Counted from the stretch's first letter, positions 11,890 to 25,704 are shown. The stretch: 64,000 bases of DNA from Zygnema circumcarinatum SAG 698-1b (GCA_037447605.1 CM074813.1:2728001-2792000), one strand, 5' to 3'. Notes: a model not told the origin generated them from the sequence alone. Numbers and translations: made by a program.

Positions 11890-12530
11890 CTCGTCATATT
11901 TTCCACCTTCAACAGTGCGTCACCAATAAATTCGCACCGATTTTGCCGAAACCACCTTTTTGTACGGTAACTTCGTGTTAGCCGTACTCTTCATACTAGC
12001 CGTACCCTTGAAACCCTAAAATCCCTAAAAACCCTAAAACCCGTACTATTCGTACTAGCCGTACTAGCCGTACTAGCTGTACTAGCCGTTACGGGCTTAC
12101 GCAAAACCTCCCCTAATCTCCCCGCACGTGCCGCCGTAAGAGGCGCTTGCTCTCCTCCCCTTCGTGTTGGCTTCGATACGATACGATACGATAGGACACG
12201 CATCGATACGGTACTATCCGTACTTGCCGTACGAGCTGCAGTAACCGATACGGTACGATGCGATACGATATGACAAAAAATGATACGATACAATACGTAC
12301 GGACATACATGAACACTAACATAATTCCGCTCGACTATTGGTAACACGGACATTCTGTTTGCCAAAATATTTTCGCTCGGTATTTGCCGAAACCAGGTGG
12401 AAAATATGACGAGGTCCCCTTGTAGTACAAATAGTACGGCTAATACAAAGTTACCGTACAAAAAAGTGGTTTCGGCAAAATTGGTGCGAATTTCTTGGTG
12501 ACGCACTTTTGGAGGTGGAAAATATGATGG
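11890..12530. repeat. Foldback/MITE-like element: about 100-bp inverted arms around GTACTAGCC, GATAC and telomere-like tandem repeats
   Basis: 11890-11988 is the reverse complement of 12433-12530 at about 85%. The interior has aaaccctaaa-like units (12011-12042), (gtactagcc)n and (gatac)n. No TSD was found. Confidence 0.6.
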
Positions 12531-12789
12531 GGTCCTACTGTACCTTGAGGACGCGGCGCAATGAAAGAAGTCAAGACCGTACACGTTCGTACGGTCTTGG
12601 CTTGTACCGAACGGTCGGCCTCCCTTCCTCCCTCCCTCCCTCCCTGGAGACCGACCGTTGCAAATTGCAATATTTTCGCCCAGTATTTGTCGAAACCATG
12701 GAGAAAATATTATGGGGGTCCACTGTATCGGCATGGGGGACCGGAAGCAGAGCTATCTAATGGTAGACTGCCACGTGGCAACCTCTGAC

Positions 12790-14430
12790 CCAAAAGGGTC
12801 AGGTGAGGACAACGTTTCCGTAGGCTCGCCGCATCTCGCGGGCCGCGCCGCGATGCGCGGCGCCGTACGTCGGTGCACAGTCGGATCCTGNNNNNNNNNN
12901 CGTAGCCCTCCACGGCTCGGGGGTCGAATTTCTTCTTCTGTCGCGCCTTGGGCAGTGCAGCCCAGCATCGCGCGCCAAAGGTCCTCAGGTGGGAAACTAT
13001 GGGCTTCCTCCCACTCCACATCTGCTCAGGGACCTGGTCTTTCAGAACAGAAGACGGACATCTGTTCCTAATGTAAGCAGCCGTAGAAACTGCTTCTCCC
13101 CAAAAGGAAGCCGGAAAGGGGGAATCAATCAACATGGTCACGGCCATGTTCCCCGTCTTCCACACGTTAATTTGCTCCATTACTCTGTGGGGAATAGGGG
13201 GCTGAGAATTCATGCCTTATACCGCGGTTCTTCAGAAACGCCGCGAACTCCTTCGATTTGAATTCGCCGCCATTGTCTGAGCGCAAAGCCTTCAGCTTCT
13301 GTCCTGATTCTGTCTCCGCCTGGTTCAGCCAATCTCGAAAGGCTCCGAAAGCCTCTGACTTGTTCTTGAGGAGCGTAATCCAAATCTTCCTTGAGTAATC
13401 GTCAAGGAACGTGACGAAGTAACGTGCTCCGCCGTTGGTCGCCGGTGTAACTGGGCCACACAAGTCAGAATGTACCAATTCCAACTTTTCTCGCGCTCGA
13501 TAGGACTCGTCTCCACTCCTCACGAATGGTCTCTTGTGCGCCTTGCCCTCCACGCATTCTCGGCAAACCCCCAACTCCTTCTCCACTACACCCGGGTCTA
13601 GCCCACGGACTAGCCCCCTCTCAGCCAACAGCTTCATGCCTCTGTGGTGTAANNNNNNNNNNAATGCCATACATCTACGGCATTCTCTGAAACTGCATTC
13701 ACCTCCTCATGATTCTCCCTCTTATAATCAAGATAATACAGCCCTCCTCTCTCATAACCCCTGAACAGCTGTCTCCCAGTTTCTGAATGGATAGCCACGC
13801 ATGACTTCTCCTTAAACAGAACACTGTATCCCTTCTTGCACACTTGGCTCACAGGCATAAAATTCTGCATGAGGCCAGGGGTGTGAAGAACATCACCAAT
13901 GTGCAGTTTCTCCTGAACATTGTCTTCATTGATGACTGAGCCGTCTCCGAGAACCATCCTCACGGCTCCACCTCTCGTCACGGTGACTCCTTCACCGGTT
14001 GCTGAATGAACTGAGCGAGTCTGCTCCAAGGTGTTGAGCTTGGAGAACATCGATGTGTCCCCGCACATATGTGTGGATGCGCCGGAGTCAATCGGCCACG
14101 GCCGCTTCAGGTCCTCTGCCTGAATCCTTCCCACAAAATTGTGCTCAGTATTCTCAGCCAGCATGAGGTTGCTCTCAACTGCTACCTTGCAGTTTGAACT
14201 CTTGTGACCTCTCTTCTTGCACTTGAAACAAGTGCCGCTGAACGCCTTCTTCTCCTTCTTGCCGGATGAAGTCGCGTTTCCTCCCTTCTCAGGACTGCCC
14301 TTGTTCTTGAAGCAGTCGCTGGAGTAGTGGCCGGTCTTGCCACATGTGAAGCATGTCACATTCGAGCGTTCTCCTCGGGCAGACTTCGGGGCGCCTCCTC
14401 CTCTTCGATTCGGTCGAGTGTGCAACGCGA
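12790..14430 (-). mobile_element. Ty1/copia gag-protease-integrase fragments separated by N gaps
   Basis: Two knuckles (CFTCGKTGHYSSDC, CFKCKKRGHKSSNC) and the protease motif IDSGASTHMC at 13634-14430. Integrase HSDLCGP...FLDD...LRSDNGGEF at 13167-13650 and FWGEAVSTAAYIRNRCP near 13100. Confidence 0.9.
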
Positions 14431-14440
14431 NNNNNNNNNN

Positions 14441-15964
14441 GTTGACCAATCTGCGCTCTGATGGCCGTACACCCGCGCGCCGCTCCGTACACCTGTTTCG
14501 GCCAGATCTTTGTGCGCGCGCTACGCGCACACCCCTGAAGACTTGTACGGTCGCTTAGGCGGTCCTACATGCAATTCGGACTAGGAGCACACCCCTAAGA
14601 ACTTAGTACCAAAACAACTTAGTGTATTTACAAGTTCCTAACTAGCCTAACACTAACAATCCCCCTCTTGGTACTTAGTTCTCCATGGGCCCTAGTTCCA
14701 TGAGACCACCACTATTCCATAGTGTCCCACAACCATGTGTATGCTCCCTTGTCCTAACAAGCTGCCCCCTCTTGATCTCAAGGCCCGAGAGATCATCTTC
14801 CCCCTCTTGATCTTGACTTGGTCGCCTTCCACATTCGATCCTGGGTGCTTCCGCTGAACTTCTCATAGGTCCAGCAACCGGGTAATCCTTCGTAGTTGCA
14901 GCCTTGTGCTCAAGCTGCTCCACTACCATGGGTTGAAAGGACCCCTCCACTTCAACTCCATCCTTGCTTGGATACAACAAGCCCCTTGTTCTCGNNNNNN
15001 NNNNGCTCACTAACTCTGAGTGAACCTGGAATTCGCACACATTCTCACCACCACTAATGTCCACCCTTTCGGTGATGGGTCTTTTAACCCCCTTAGCTTG
15101 GCTATCTGAAATGTAATTCACGAAATTATCCCCTGCTCCCCTTAGCCTCATTGCTTGCTCTAGCATCCCCTTACCTCCTCCAAGCTGTTCTGGATCTACC
15201 TTATGGTGAATGGGTTCTTCTACAGGATCCTTGGCGGGACTGCTCAGCCCTTGAGTCTCCTTCCACTCTAGAAAGTAAAGCCCACCTTGCTGAATTCCCT
15301 TGCACAAGACCTGACCTGTCTCCTTGTGAATTACCTCACAACTACCCTTCTCAAACCATACTCCATAGTCCTCTTCACACAGCTGACTAACAGAGAGGAA
15401 ATTAATCTGTAATCCGGGAGTATGCAGTACGTTACCAACGTTGACAACCCTCTGCGTGCTTCTCTCCCCGAGCACCTCCAACCTGATCGTTCCACTTTGC
15501 GTCACCATGACCCCTTGTCTTGTTGCCGAGTAGACTGAGCGGGTTCCCTCCAAAGTCTGCTTCTCTGCAAAGAGTGAGTCGTCCACGCACATGTGCCTTG
15601 AAGCACTGGAATCAATCACCCAAGGTTTCGCTGAATCCTGAACTCGAACACACCCTACGAACTCATCATCACTTCCCCAATCTGTGAACATCAAATTCGT
15701 CTCGTGAGTCCTCTTGCGATCATCTCTGGGATACCTGCCATCTCCCCCCCTCCCTTCTTGCTCCTTCGAAGCATCTCCATTCGAGGGTGAACCGCCTCTC
15801 TGAAATTCGGGGCAGTTCCTCTTGAAGTGATCGGGCTTCCCACAAGAGTAGCAAGTCTTGTGAGTCTTCAGCTCACCACCCTGGGCTGCGTTTGGCCTTT
15901 GCCGCCAGAGGCCCGCCGCTGCCGCGATACCTTCTCCTCAACTTGACCTCGTTTCCGCTTCTTT
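14441..15964 (-). mobile_element. Gag-protease-only non-autonomous copia-type element, copy 1 (3' part with PPT and 3' LTR remnant)
   Basis: Knuckle CYSCGKPDHFKRNC, protease VIDSSASRHMC, the same roughly 190-aa C-terminal tail and the same stop as 26699-28564. PPT AGAGGGGGAT is followed by the LTR start TGTTAGTG at 14658. The 5' part is lost in the 100-N gap. Confidence 0.85.
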
Positions 15965-16064
15965 NNNNNNNNNNNNNNNNNNNNNNNNNNNNNNNNNNNN
16001 NNNNNNNNNNNNNNNNNNNNNNNNNNNNNNNNNNNNNNNNNNNNNNNNNNNNNNNNNNNNNNNN

Positions 16065-19000
16065 AGCTGAAGGAAGAAGAAGGGAAGAAGAAGGAAGAAG
16101 AAGGGAAGAAGAAGGAAGGAAGGAAGAAGAAGGAAGAGGAAGGAAGAAGAAGGAAGGGAAGAAGAAGGAAGGAAGGGAAGAAGAAGGAAGGAAGGGAAGA
16201 AGAAGGAAGGGAAGGGAAGAAGAAGGAAGGAAGGAAGAAGAAGGAAGCTGAAGGGAAGAAGAAGGGAAGGAAGGAGGAAGAAGGGGAAGGGCAAGGGAAG
16301 AAGAAGGAAGGGAAGGATCTAAGAAGGGAAGGGAAGGAAGAAGAAGGAAGGAAGGAAGAAGAAGGGAAGGAAGAAGGAGGGAAGGGAAATAGCTAGCTGA
16401 AGGAAGGAAGAAGGAAGGAGGAAGAAGAAGGAAGGAGGAAGAAGGAGGAAGAAGAAGGAGGAAGGAAAGAAGTAAGAAGAAGAAGGAAGGAGGAAGGAGA
16501 AAGAAGAAGGAAGAAGGAGAAAGAAGGAAGAAGGAAGAAGAAGAAAGAAGAAAGAAGAAGGAAGAAGGAGGAAGAAGAAGAAGGAAGGAAGGGAAGAAGA
16601 AGGGAAGGAAGGAAGAAGAGGGAAGGAAGGGAAGAAGAAGGGAAGGAAGGAAGAAGAAGGAAGGAAGGAAGAAGAAGGGAAGGAAGGGAAGAAGAAGGAA
16701 GGACGGGGAAGAAGAAGGAAGGAAGGAAGAAGAAGGAAGGAAGGGAATGAAATAGCTGAAGGAAGGAAGAAGGAAGGAAGGAAGAAGAAGGGATGAAGAA
16801 TAGGGTAGCTGAAGGAAGAAGAAGGGAAATACTGAAGGAAGGAAGGAAGAAAAATAGGGATGGAAGGAAGGAAGAAGAAGGAAGGGAAGGAAGGGAAGGA
16901 AGGAAGAAGAAGGGAAGAAGAAGGAAAGGAACCGGAAGAAGAAGGAAGGAGGAATAATAGCTACGAAGCCATTGAAGGAAGGAAGGAAGAAGAAGGAAGG
17001 AAGGAAGAAGAAGGAAGGAAGAAGAGAAGGAAGAAGAAGGGAAGGAGAAGGGAAGAAGAAGGAAGGAAGAAGAAGGGAAGGAAGGAAGGAAGGAAACCGA
17101 AGGAAGAGGAAGGAAGGAAAATGAAGGAAGAAGAAGGGAAGGGAAGAAGGAAGGAAGGGAAGAAGAAGGAAGGAAGGGAAGAAGAAGGGAAGGAAGGGAA
17201 GAAGGAAGGAAGGACTAAGAAGGAAGGGGGAATAAATAGCTGAAGGAAGGAAGAATAGCTGAAGGAAGGAAGAATAGCTGAAGGAAGGGAAATAGGCCAG
17301 GGCTGAAGGAAGAAGAAGGAAGGAGGAAGGAAGAAGAAGGAAGAAGAAGGAGGAAGAAGAAGAAGGAAGGAAGGAAGAAGAAGGAAGGAAGGGGAAGAAT
17401 GAAGGAAGGAAGGAAGAAGAAGGAAGGAAGGGAAGAAGAAGGCAGGGAAGGAAGAAGGAAGGAAGGAAGAAGAAGGGAAGGGAAGGAAGAAGAAGGAAGA
17501 AGAAGGGAAGGGAAGGAAGAAGAAGGGAAGGGAAGGAAGAAGAAGGAAGGAGGAAGGAACAAGAAGGAAGGTGGAAGGAAGAAGAAGGAAGGAAGGAAGA
17601 AGAAGGGAAGGAAGGAAGAAGATGTAGCCGAAGGAAGAATGAAGGAAGGAAGGAAGAAGAAGGAAGGAAGAAGGAAGGAAGAAGAAGGAAGGAGAAGAAG
17701 GAAGGGAAGAAGAAGGAAGGAAGGGAAGAAGAAGGGAAGGAAGGGAAGAAGAAGGGAAGGGAAGAAGATGGAAGGAAGGGAAGAAGAAGGAAGGAAGAAG
17801 AAGGGAAGGGAAGGGATGAAGAAGGAAGGAAGGGAAGAAGAAGGAAAGGGTACAATAGCTGCATGAAGGAAAGAAGCTGAGGAAGAAATAGCTTTAAAAT
17901 AGCTAGCTGAAATAAAATAGGCTGAAGGGAAGGAAATAGCCAGGCTGAAGATGAAGGAAGAAGAAGGAAGGAAGGAAGAAGAAGGAAGGAAGGAAGAAGA
18001 AGGGAAGGGAAGGAAGAAGAAGGGAAGGAAGGAGGAAGAAGGAAGGAAGGAAGAAGAAGGAAGGAAGGGACGAAGAAGGAAGGAAGGAAGGAAGAAGGAA
18101 GGAAGGAAGAAGAAGGAAGGAAGGGAAGAAGGAGGGAAGGAAGGAAGAAGAAGGGAAGGAAGGGAAGAAGAAGGGAAGGGAAGAAGAGGAAGAAGGAAGG
18201 AAGGAAGAAGAAGGATGAAGGAAATAGCCAGCTGAAGGAAGGAAGAAGAAGGAAGGAAGGAGGAAGAAGGAAGGGCAAGGAAGAAGAAGGAAGGAAGGAA
18301 GAAGAAGGAAGGAAGGAAGAAGAAGGAAGGAAGGAAGAAGAAGGGAAGGAAGAAGAAGGAAGGAAGAAGAAGGAAGAAGGAAGAAGAAGGGAAGAAGGGA
18401 AGGGAAGGAAGAAGAAGGGAAGAGGAAGGGAAGAAGAAGGGAAGGAAGAAGAAGGAAGGGAAGAAGAAGGAAGGAAGGGAAGAAGAAGGAAGGGAAGGAA
18501 GAAGAAGGAGCTGAATGGAAAGAAGAAGGAAGGAAGGAAGAAGAAGGAAGGAAGGAGGAAATAGCTGAAGGGAAGAAGAAGGGAATGAAGGACGAAGAAG
18601 GAAGGGAAGGAAGAAGAAGGAAGGAAGGAAGAAGGAAGGAAGGAAGAAGGGAAGGAAGGGAAGAAGAAGGAAGGAAGGAAGAAGAAGGAAGGAAGGAAGA
18701 AGAAGGAAGGAAGGGAAGAAGAAGGGAAGGGAAGGAAGAAGAAGGAAGGGAAGGGAAGAAGAAGGGAAGGAAGGGAAGAAGAAGGGAAGGAAGAAGAAGG
18801 AAGGAAGGGAAGAAGAAGGGAAGGAAGGGAAGGGAAGATGAAGTTTTGAAGGAAGGAAGAAGAATGAAGGAAGGGAAGAAGAAGGAAGGAAGGAAGCCAT
18901 TAGGGCTGAAGGAAGGAAGAAGAAGGAAGGAAGGGAAGAAGAAGGAAGGAAGGGAAGAAGAAGGAAGGAAGGGAAGAAGAAGGAAGGAAGGAAGAAGAAA

Positions 19001-20390
19001 AGGAAGGATGGAAGAAGAAGGAAGGGAGGGAAGAAGAAGGAAGGAAGGGAAGAAGAAGGAAGGAAGGGAAGAAGAAGGGAAGGAAGGGAAGAAGAAGGAA
19101 GGGAAGAAGAAGGGAAGGAAGGGAAGAAGAAGGAAGGGAAGAAGAAGGAAGGAAGGAAGAATAATGAAGGAAGGGAAATAGGCTGAAGGAAGGAAGAATA
19201 ATGAAATAATGGAAGAAATAGTCGGAAAATAAATACGAAAAAGGAACTGAAGGAAGGGAATGAAGAAGGAAGGGAAGGAAGGAAGGAACCCGAAGGAAGG
19301 AAGGGAAGAAGAAGGAAGGGAAGGGAAGAAGAAGGAAGGAAGGGAAGAAGGAGGGAAGGAAGGAAGAAGAAGGAAGGAAGGAAGAAGAAGGGAAGGGAAG
19401 AAGAAGGAAGGAAGAAGAAGGGAAGGAAGGGAAGAAGGAAGGGAAGGAAGAAGAAGGAAGGAAGGGCCAGGCTGAAGGGAATAAATAGTTGAAGGAATAA
19501 AAAGAATAGCTGAAGGGCTGAGCCGAAGAAGGAATAGCCAGGCTGAAGGAAGGAAGAAGAAGGAAGGGGAAGAATGAAGGAAGAGGAAGGAAGAAGAAGG
19601 AAGGGAAGGAAGAAGAAGGAAGGGAAGAAGAAGGAAGAAGGAAGGAAGGAAGAAGAAGGGAAGGGAAGGAAGAAGAAGGGAAGGAAGAAGAAGGAAGGGA
19701 AGGAAGAAGAAGGAAGGAAGGGAAGAAGAAGGAAGGAAGGAAGAAGAAGGGAAGGAAGGGAAGAAGAAGGAAGGAAGGGAAGAAGAAGGGAAGGGATGGG
19801 ATGGGAAGAAGAAGGGAAGGGATGGGGAAGAAGAAGGAAGGATGGGGAATAGAAGGAAGGATGGGGAAGAAGAAGGAAGGAAGGAAGAAGAAGGAAGGAA
19901 GGAAGAAGAAGGAATGAAGGAAGGAAGGAAGGAAGGGAAGGGAAGAAGGAAGGAAAATGAAGGAAGGAAGGAAGACGGAAGGAAGACGGAGGGAAGACGG
20001 AAGATCGAAGGAAGGAAGGAAGATGGAAGGAAGGGAAGAAGGAAGGGAAGGAAGGGAAGAAGGGAAGGAAGGGAAGGAAGAAGGAACGAATGAAATGGAA
20101 TGAAATCGAATGGAATGGAATGAAATACGGAAATCGAAGGAATGAAGGGAAGGGATAAGGGAAGGAAGGGAAGGAAGGGAAGGAAGGAAGGGAAGGGAAG
20201 GAAGGAAGGGAAGGAAGGGAAGGAAGGAAGGGAAGGAAGGGAAGGGAAGGAAGGAAGGGAAGGAAGGAAGGGAAGGAAGGAAGGAAGGAAGGAAGGGAGC
20301 AAGGAAGCAAGATGGAAAGGGAAGGGAAGGGAAGGGAAGGGGAAGGGAAGGGAAGGGAAGGAAGGGAAGGGACGGGAAGGGAAGGAAGGA
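16065..20390. repeat. About 4.3-kb polypurine/polypyrimidine satellite (GAAG/GGAA/GAA mosaic) punctuated by an (AAT)AGCTGAAGG motif
   Basis: The + strand is almost all A/G. At least 11 AGCTGAAGG copies are present, and a 19-bp unit AATAGCTGAAGGAAGGAAG is tandem at 17235-17290. Confidence 0.95.
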
Positions 20391-21404
20391 GACGGAAGTA
20401 GAGCAGAAGGAAGGAGACGGAAGTAGAGCAGAGGGGAGACGGGGGCAATGGCGGGTTTGAGCTTGGGGGAAAGTGGGAGCGGTGAGAGGAAAGAGGAGAA
20501 GAGAGGGAGGGAAATTGAGAGAGTGATTGGGAAGAGTTGGCAAAGCGAGGCATCATACTCAAGCCTGTGCAAAAAGTATTTCTATTTCATAGAAATACTC
20601 TTTATTTGTCGCCTTTCAGACAGGGTGCCGAATAGGGCGAGTCATGAAGGAACTACTTTTGAATAATTTCCAAGAGGTAGGCCCCTATACCTTTTTCTTG
20701 ATGATCTTTTTCTTCTCGTCAGTATTTTGTTCAACCTTTTTTTTCCAATGATGCATGGAAGATTCCATTTCGTGTGCTATTATAAGTCAGTTAATCCAAT
20801 CATCCGATCCACATCACATCATCAACCTTTCGTACTCTTTTGCAGGTTGACATTGCTGGTTCTCTTGCAACATTTTATCGATGCGTTTAAATCAAGTCTT
20901 CAAGGAATATCCGCTCTGAAACCAAAAAATCATGCCTCGAATTTCTTCACAAATTTCTGTGAGGTAGGGTGAGTCTCACCTGCCCATGCTAAATATTAGT
21001 AATGATTGTTTTCCTCGGACGGTAATTATGAATATTTGTATCCTCATGTTGAGGATTTCCGCCTTTTGTGCAAGGTACGAGTCTCAATCAAATTTGACGC
21101 TTCCCTTCAAGGCTTGTAAAGGTATGACGTGTATCCGTAAGTGTTAATAATGTTGCTTTTGTGACGGGTACAAATGGGGTAGAAGTGCAGAAATTCACAC
21201 CGTAATATAGCCACGCATGTCATTTGGGTGCAAGTGGGTGCACTCCACACCCTCACGCACCTATGACCTTGCTGAGTTTTTCCAGCAATCCAAGTTGGGC
21301 ACACTCTCTCACTTTCATCCTTGTTTGATCTCTCTCCCGCCTTCATCACTCTTCCCCTTCGATTTTCCTTCTAATCATAAAGCCATATATAAGCTTCCAT
21401 TATT

Positions 21405-21760
21405 TCCTCTCCCTCTACCTCTCTCTCTCCCGCCCCCCCGGACTCCCCCTGCCCCAGCGTTTCCCAGATCATTTAAGGGAAGATAAAGATAAGAGTGCTT
21501 TGGGGTTACCCTTTTCCTTTGAATTATATGTTGTGAGGTGGCCGCCCTGACCTAATGCATTTATTTTTGTTGCAAAGCGGTCCTCTCCCTCTACCTCTCT
21601 CTCTCCCTCCCCCACGGACTCCCCCTTCCCCATCTTTTCCCAGATCATTTAAGGGAAGATAAAGATAAGAGTGCAGAAGTTACCCTTTTCTTTTTCCTTT
21701 GAATTATATGTTGTGTGAGGTGGTGCACCGATTTGAATGCATTTGTTTTTGTTGGGAATT
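21405..21760. repeat. Diverged tandem duplication of about 178 bp
   Basis: ctctccctctacctctctctctcc...cccagatcatttaagggaagataaagataagagtgc...cctttgaattatatgttgtg...aatgcattt.tttttgttg occurs near 21410-21570 and again near 21585-21755. Confidence 0.8.
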
Positions 21761-24700
21761 AGAGAGCGAGAGGTCTCTTCGTTACGAAAGAGAACATTGC
21801 AAAAACAGGTGAGAGCGTCTTGTTTACTAAGAACCCTAACAGCTAAGAAATCGCTAAGGAGTCTTAAGGGAGGGATTCTTTCAGTCAGTCTCTCTCTCTC
21901 CCTCTCCCACTCTCCCCCTCCCATTTCCCCATCTCTCAGGCCCTCTTCCTCTCACCCCCTCTCTCGTCCTCTCTCCCCCTGTCTCTCTCTCCCACCTCAC
22001 TTTCTCGGTCTCTATCCCCCTCTCTCCCCTCCCTCTCTCCTTCCCCTCCTCCCTCCCTTCGTCCTTCCCTCTCTCCCCTCTGTTGTAGAGTGGGCCGGTC
22101 AGTCTACTCACTTCACTCAACTGCCATGTTTGCAATCTGAATCAAAGGCTCTCAGAGTGCACACCTTGAAGATAGCTGAAATCAAACAGGCAAGGGCAGA
22201 GTAAGGGAAATGTAAGGAAAGCACCGACTCAAAACTCCTTAATAAAGGTAAAGGAAGTTACAAGCACAAGTTTGACCCTGAGCTTCTACTTACCCTTTCG
22301 ACTAACTCCCAGGCCCTGCGCCCATGGGGAGACGAGGCAACTACATAGCAACCGCGAGGCACAAGGCTGTAGCGTATTAAGATTACAATCACCTAAGTCT
22401 AACCCTATAAGTCTTAAATATTTGCAGCTTGCTCCGTTCTAATGCATGCCATGTCTCACCACATGACTGCGCGCATGCCACGCGTTCCACCGCGCGCACT
22501 CCATGGTGGCCCGGCTCCCGATCTCCGGGCTTCGCCTCTCCTTCTTGATGAAAATTCCTCCTTGATTAAGCCATGGCGAGGAGGGGGAGTGTCGTCGCAA
22601 TCCCCTCCTCGGAGCTTGCCTTCGCCCGAGAGCTTCACCGACAACGCTTGTAGCCATCGGCCGTTCGTCCGTCACCTTTGCCCGGACTAATATGCGGTCG
22701 ACCCAAAGAAGCAATAAGCAAACTGGGTCGTACCTTGGTATCGGCTAGCATACGTGTCATAACATCCTTGCGACTCTAAATATCTCGATTAATGAAGCGT
22801 GGCCTATAGCTGCTTCGCCGCGTGGCCAAAGAGACCTAGTTCTAAGTGTTCCCACTGGGGACAAAGGCTGTCGGTTGGTCCCACGCCGGACGAATCTCCC
22901 TAAGGACCTCACGACAGCAGCTAAGGACCGTGCGGTGTACTATTGAGGGCTATACCCCTATTGTACACATCATTCCCCCCTCTCGATCTAGCAGCGAAAG
23001 GTCCGACTCCAAAATCTTGTTCCTCGAGGGCGATCTCACCGTTAGGTCCCCTTGGATTCTTTATATCTGCGGCGATCTTTTGTCGCAGGCAAATCCGGCG
23101 ACCACCAGGCCATCCTCTACGTTTTTCGACATAGTGATCACGCAGCAGATATGTTTTGACCTTTTGCCAAACACTGGATTCTGTACCAGCGCGATCGATG
23201 ATGATTGGTTATCGGTAGGAACCTGTACGGGATCTGAGGCGTTAGACTCCAGCCGAAGAAGTTTTGAAGCAGATAAGCCTCTTTGCTTGTGTGGCATGCG
23301 CAATGTACTCGCCTCGTCTTTGAATGACGCCAATTGTAAACTGCGGTCGAGCTCCGCGTCGGTAGCACCTCTGCGTTGACAAAGCGGATGTGGGTAGATA
23401 TCCGTCGCGCCCCAATCCAGTCGATTATCCGTTACACCCGTGTCTCAACTCCACCGTCGAGAAGTTAATGCGGCGAAGTCCCTTCACATAGCGAAAGATT
23501 AAACTAGCGCTTCCCAATGTTCGGGCGAGGATTACGCTGCATGTACCGTGAAGAGACACGTCGCCCGGCAGGCGCTAGCCAAGTCGGTCGTGTTCCAACC
23601 TGGCAAGGTACATCCAGGCTACCGATAGCTGACATGCGGAACTACGTCCATCTACCTCTTCTCTTCCTCCGTCACGGGGAGCCATATCAAGGGAGGGTGG
23701 GCAGTCCATGGGGCGATGGCTGGATAACTTGATCTTGCATGCTGAACCTGATGAGCACATCCTTGGCATATTTCTCTTGGCAAAGAAATAAGTTACCTTC
23801 ACGCCCCCTCTGAAGCTGAATGCCTAGTAAGTACTCAACTTCTCCGAGGTCACTCATCTGAAAGTTAGTCTTCAGAAGTTCCTTCAGACTCTAAATGCTC
23901 TGAATTGAAGGGTTGATGATGATCAGATCATCTACATATATCCCTACATACATTAGTTCAGCCCCTTCCCCCTTCTTGTAAACTGAGGCATCTGTTTCAA
24001 ACTTAATGAAGCCATTTTCTCTTAAAAGGTTGTCGATTTTGCCATACCAGATTCGTGGAGCCTGTTTCAGCCCATACAAGCTTTTTACCAGCTTGCATAC
24101 CAGCCGCTCTTCTCCCTTCTCCACTGTCCCTTCCGGATGGTCCATGAAGATTTCTTCCTCCAACTCTCCATATAAAAATGTTGTCTTTATGTCCAGCTGG
24201 TGAACATGCATCCTTTCAGCTACTGCAATGGATATGTCGAGATCACGAGGGAGCTAAACTTGACTGCAGGGCAAAGGTTTCTGTGTAGTCAGCCCATATT
24301 CTAGCTAAACCCTTTTGCGACCAGCCTAGCCTTGTATCTATCGACGCTCCCATCTGACTTCCTTTTCACTTTGAAAACCCACTTGCACCCTATCGCCTTC
24401 CTCCCCTTTGGCAACTCTACCAGCCGCCAAGTCTTGTTTTCCTTAAGGCTATCTAGCTCACTCTCAATGGCTACTCCCCATTTGTCAGCATTTGCCCCTT
24501 CTACAGCTTCAGAAAGGGTTTGGGGTTCACCGATGGTCGCCATCGGGACTGCGGCCGATGCCGGCAAAAGTCGGCGCGAGTAAATTCGGCATCCTCCATT
24601 AAACGCTCCGGTACCTCCCTTTCGAGGAAGGGACCGGACGGGCGGCGGGTGGCGGTTTCGTCAGTGCGGCAGATGACAAGAGAAGATGCGGTAGGTTGTT

Positions 24701-25704
24701 TGACCAAACCCGATTTGGTCAGTGACTTCGAAGATGTCACTCCGCGACCTTCTCAGCGTTGCGCCCGCGTCGTCGTGAACAGGCGTAAGTGTCGGTGATC
24801 AATCTCGTTGATTCCGGAGCCAGTTTGATGATGCAGCGCCGCCCGGCTCGTCGTCACCGTTCGATTCGAAATCGTTGGTGACAGTGGTCTCTGCTAAGCG
24901 CGCTCGCGCCCGTTGATTCGTCTTCTCGCACCACTGAATCGACACCGTCCGATTCGTAGGAGATTTCAAACTTGTCGTTTTGCGAGAGTTTGGCCTCCAA
25001 GTCCATTCGGATTTCAACCGGAGGATTTTCTTGGAATCTGACATCGCGACTCCTCTCTACCTGTTTGGTTAAGGGATTCCACACCCGGTACGTGGGGCTG
25101 TCCTCATTATAGCCAATCAGGTACCCGGGAGTGGATCTACTCTCGAATTTGGAGTTTCTCCTGGGCTTCAGTACGGTCATGAAGCACCTTGCTCCCCATA
25201 CTCTGAAGTAAGCCACTGAGGGCTTCTTTCCGCTCCACACCTCCTCCGGCACCCTGTCCTGAAGCGCTCTTGTCGGGCACCTGTTTCTGATGTGAGCTGC
25301 TGCCATCACTGCCTCACCCCAAAAGGTTAAGGGAAGTGGGGACTCACTCATCATGGCCCTCACCATGTCCCCAAGCGTGCGGTTCACTCTCTCCGCAGCT
25401 CCATTGCTTTGAGGTGAGTAAGGGGCTGAAAACTGATGCTTCATGCCAAGAGCCTCGAAGTGATCTTTGAAATTCTTGGAGATGTACTCCCCTCCATTGT
25501 CAGAACGAAGGGACTTCACTTTCAGCCCGGTTTCTCTCTCCACTTCCACCTGCCACCTTTTAAAGACATCAAAGGTTTCAGCTTTACTATCAATCACCCT
25601 CACCCAGATCTTCCTAGAGCAGTCGTCTAGAAAGGTGATGAAGTATTTCGCCCCTCCTCGGCTGGTGGGAGTGATGGGTCCACATAAATCCGTGNNNNNN
25701 NNNN

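Noticed and set aside
15873-20572. Very long ORFs (801, 889 and 1115 aa, F/L/P/S-rich) and K/E/G/R-rich ORFs on the other strand
   Set aside because: They are by-products of a purine-only satellite that lacks stop codons; there is no protein-like complexity.
20620-20676. TGCRIG peptide resembling the tyrosine-recombinase TGxR motif
   Set aside because: It is too short, and no HxxR or Tyr motif follows in any joinable exon.
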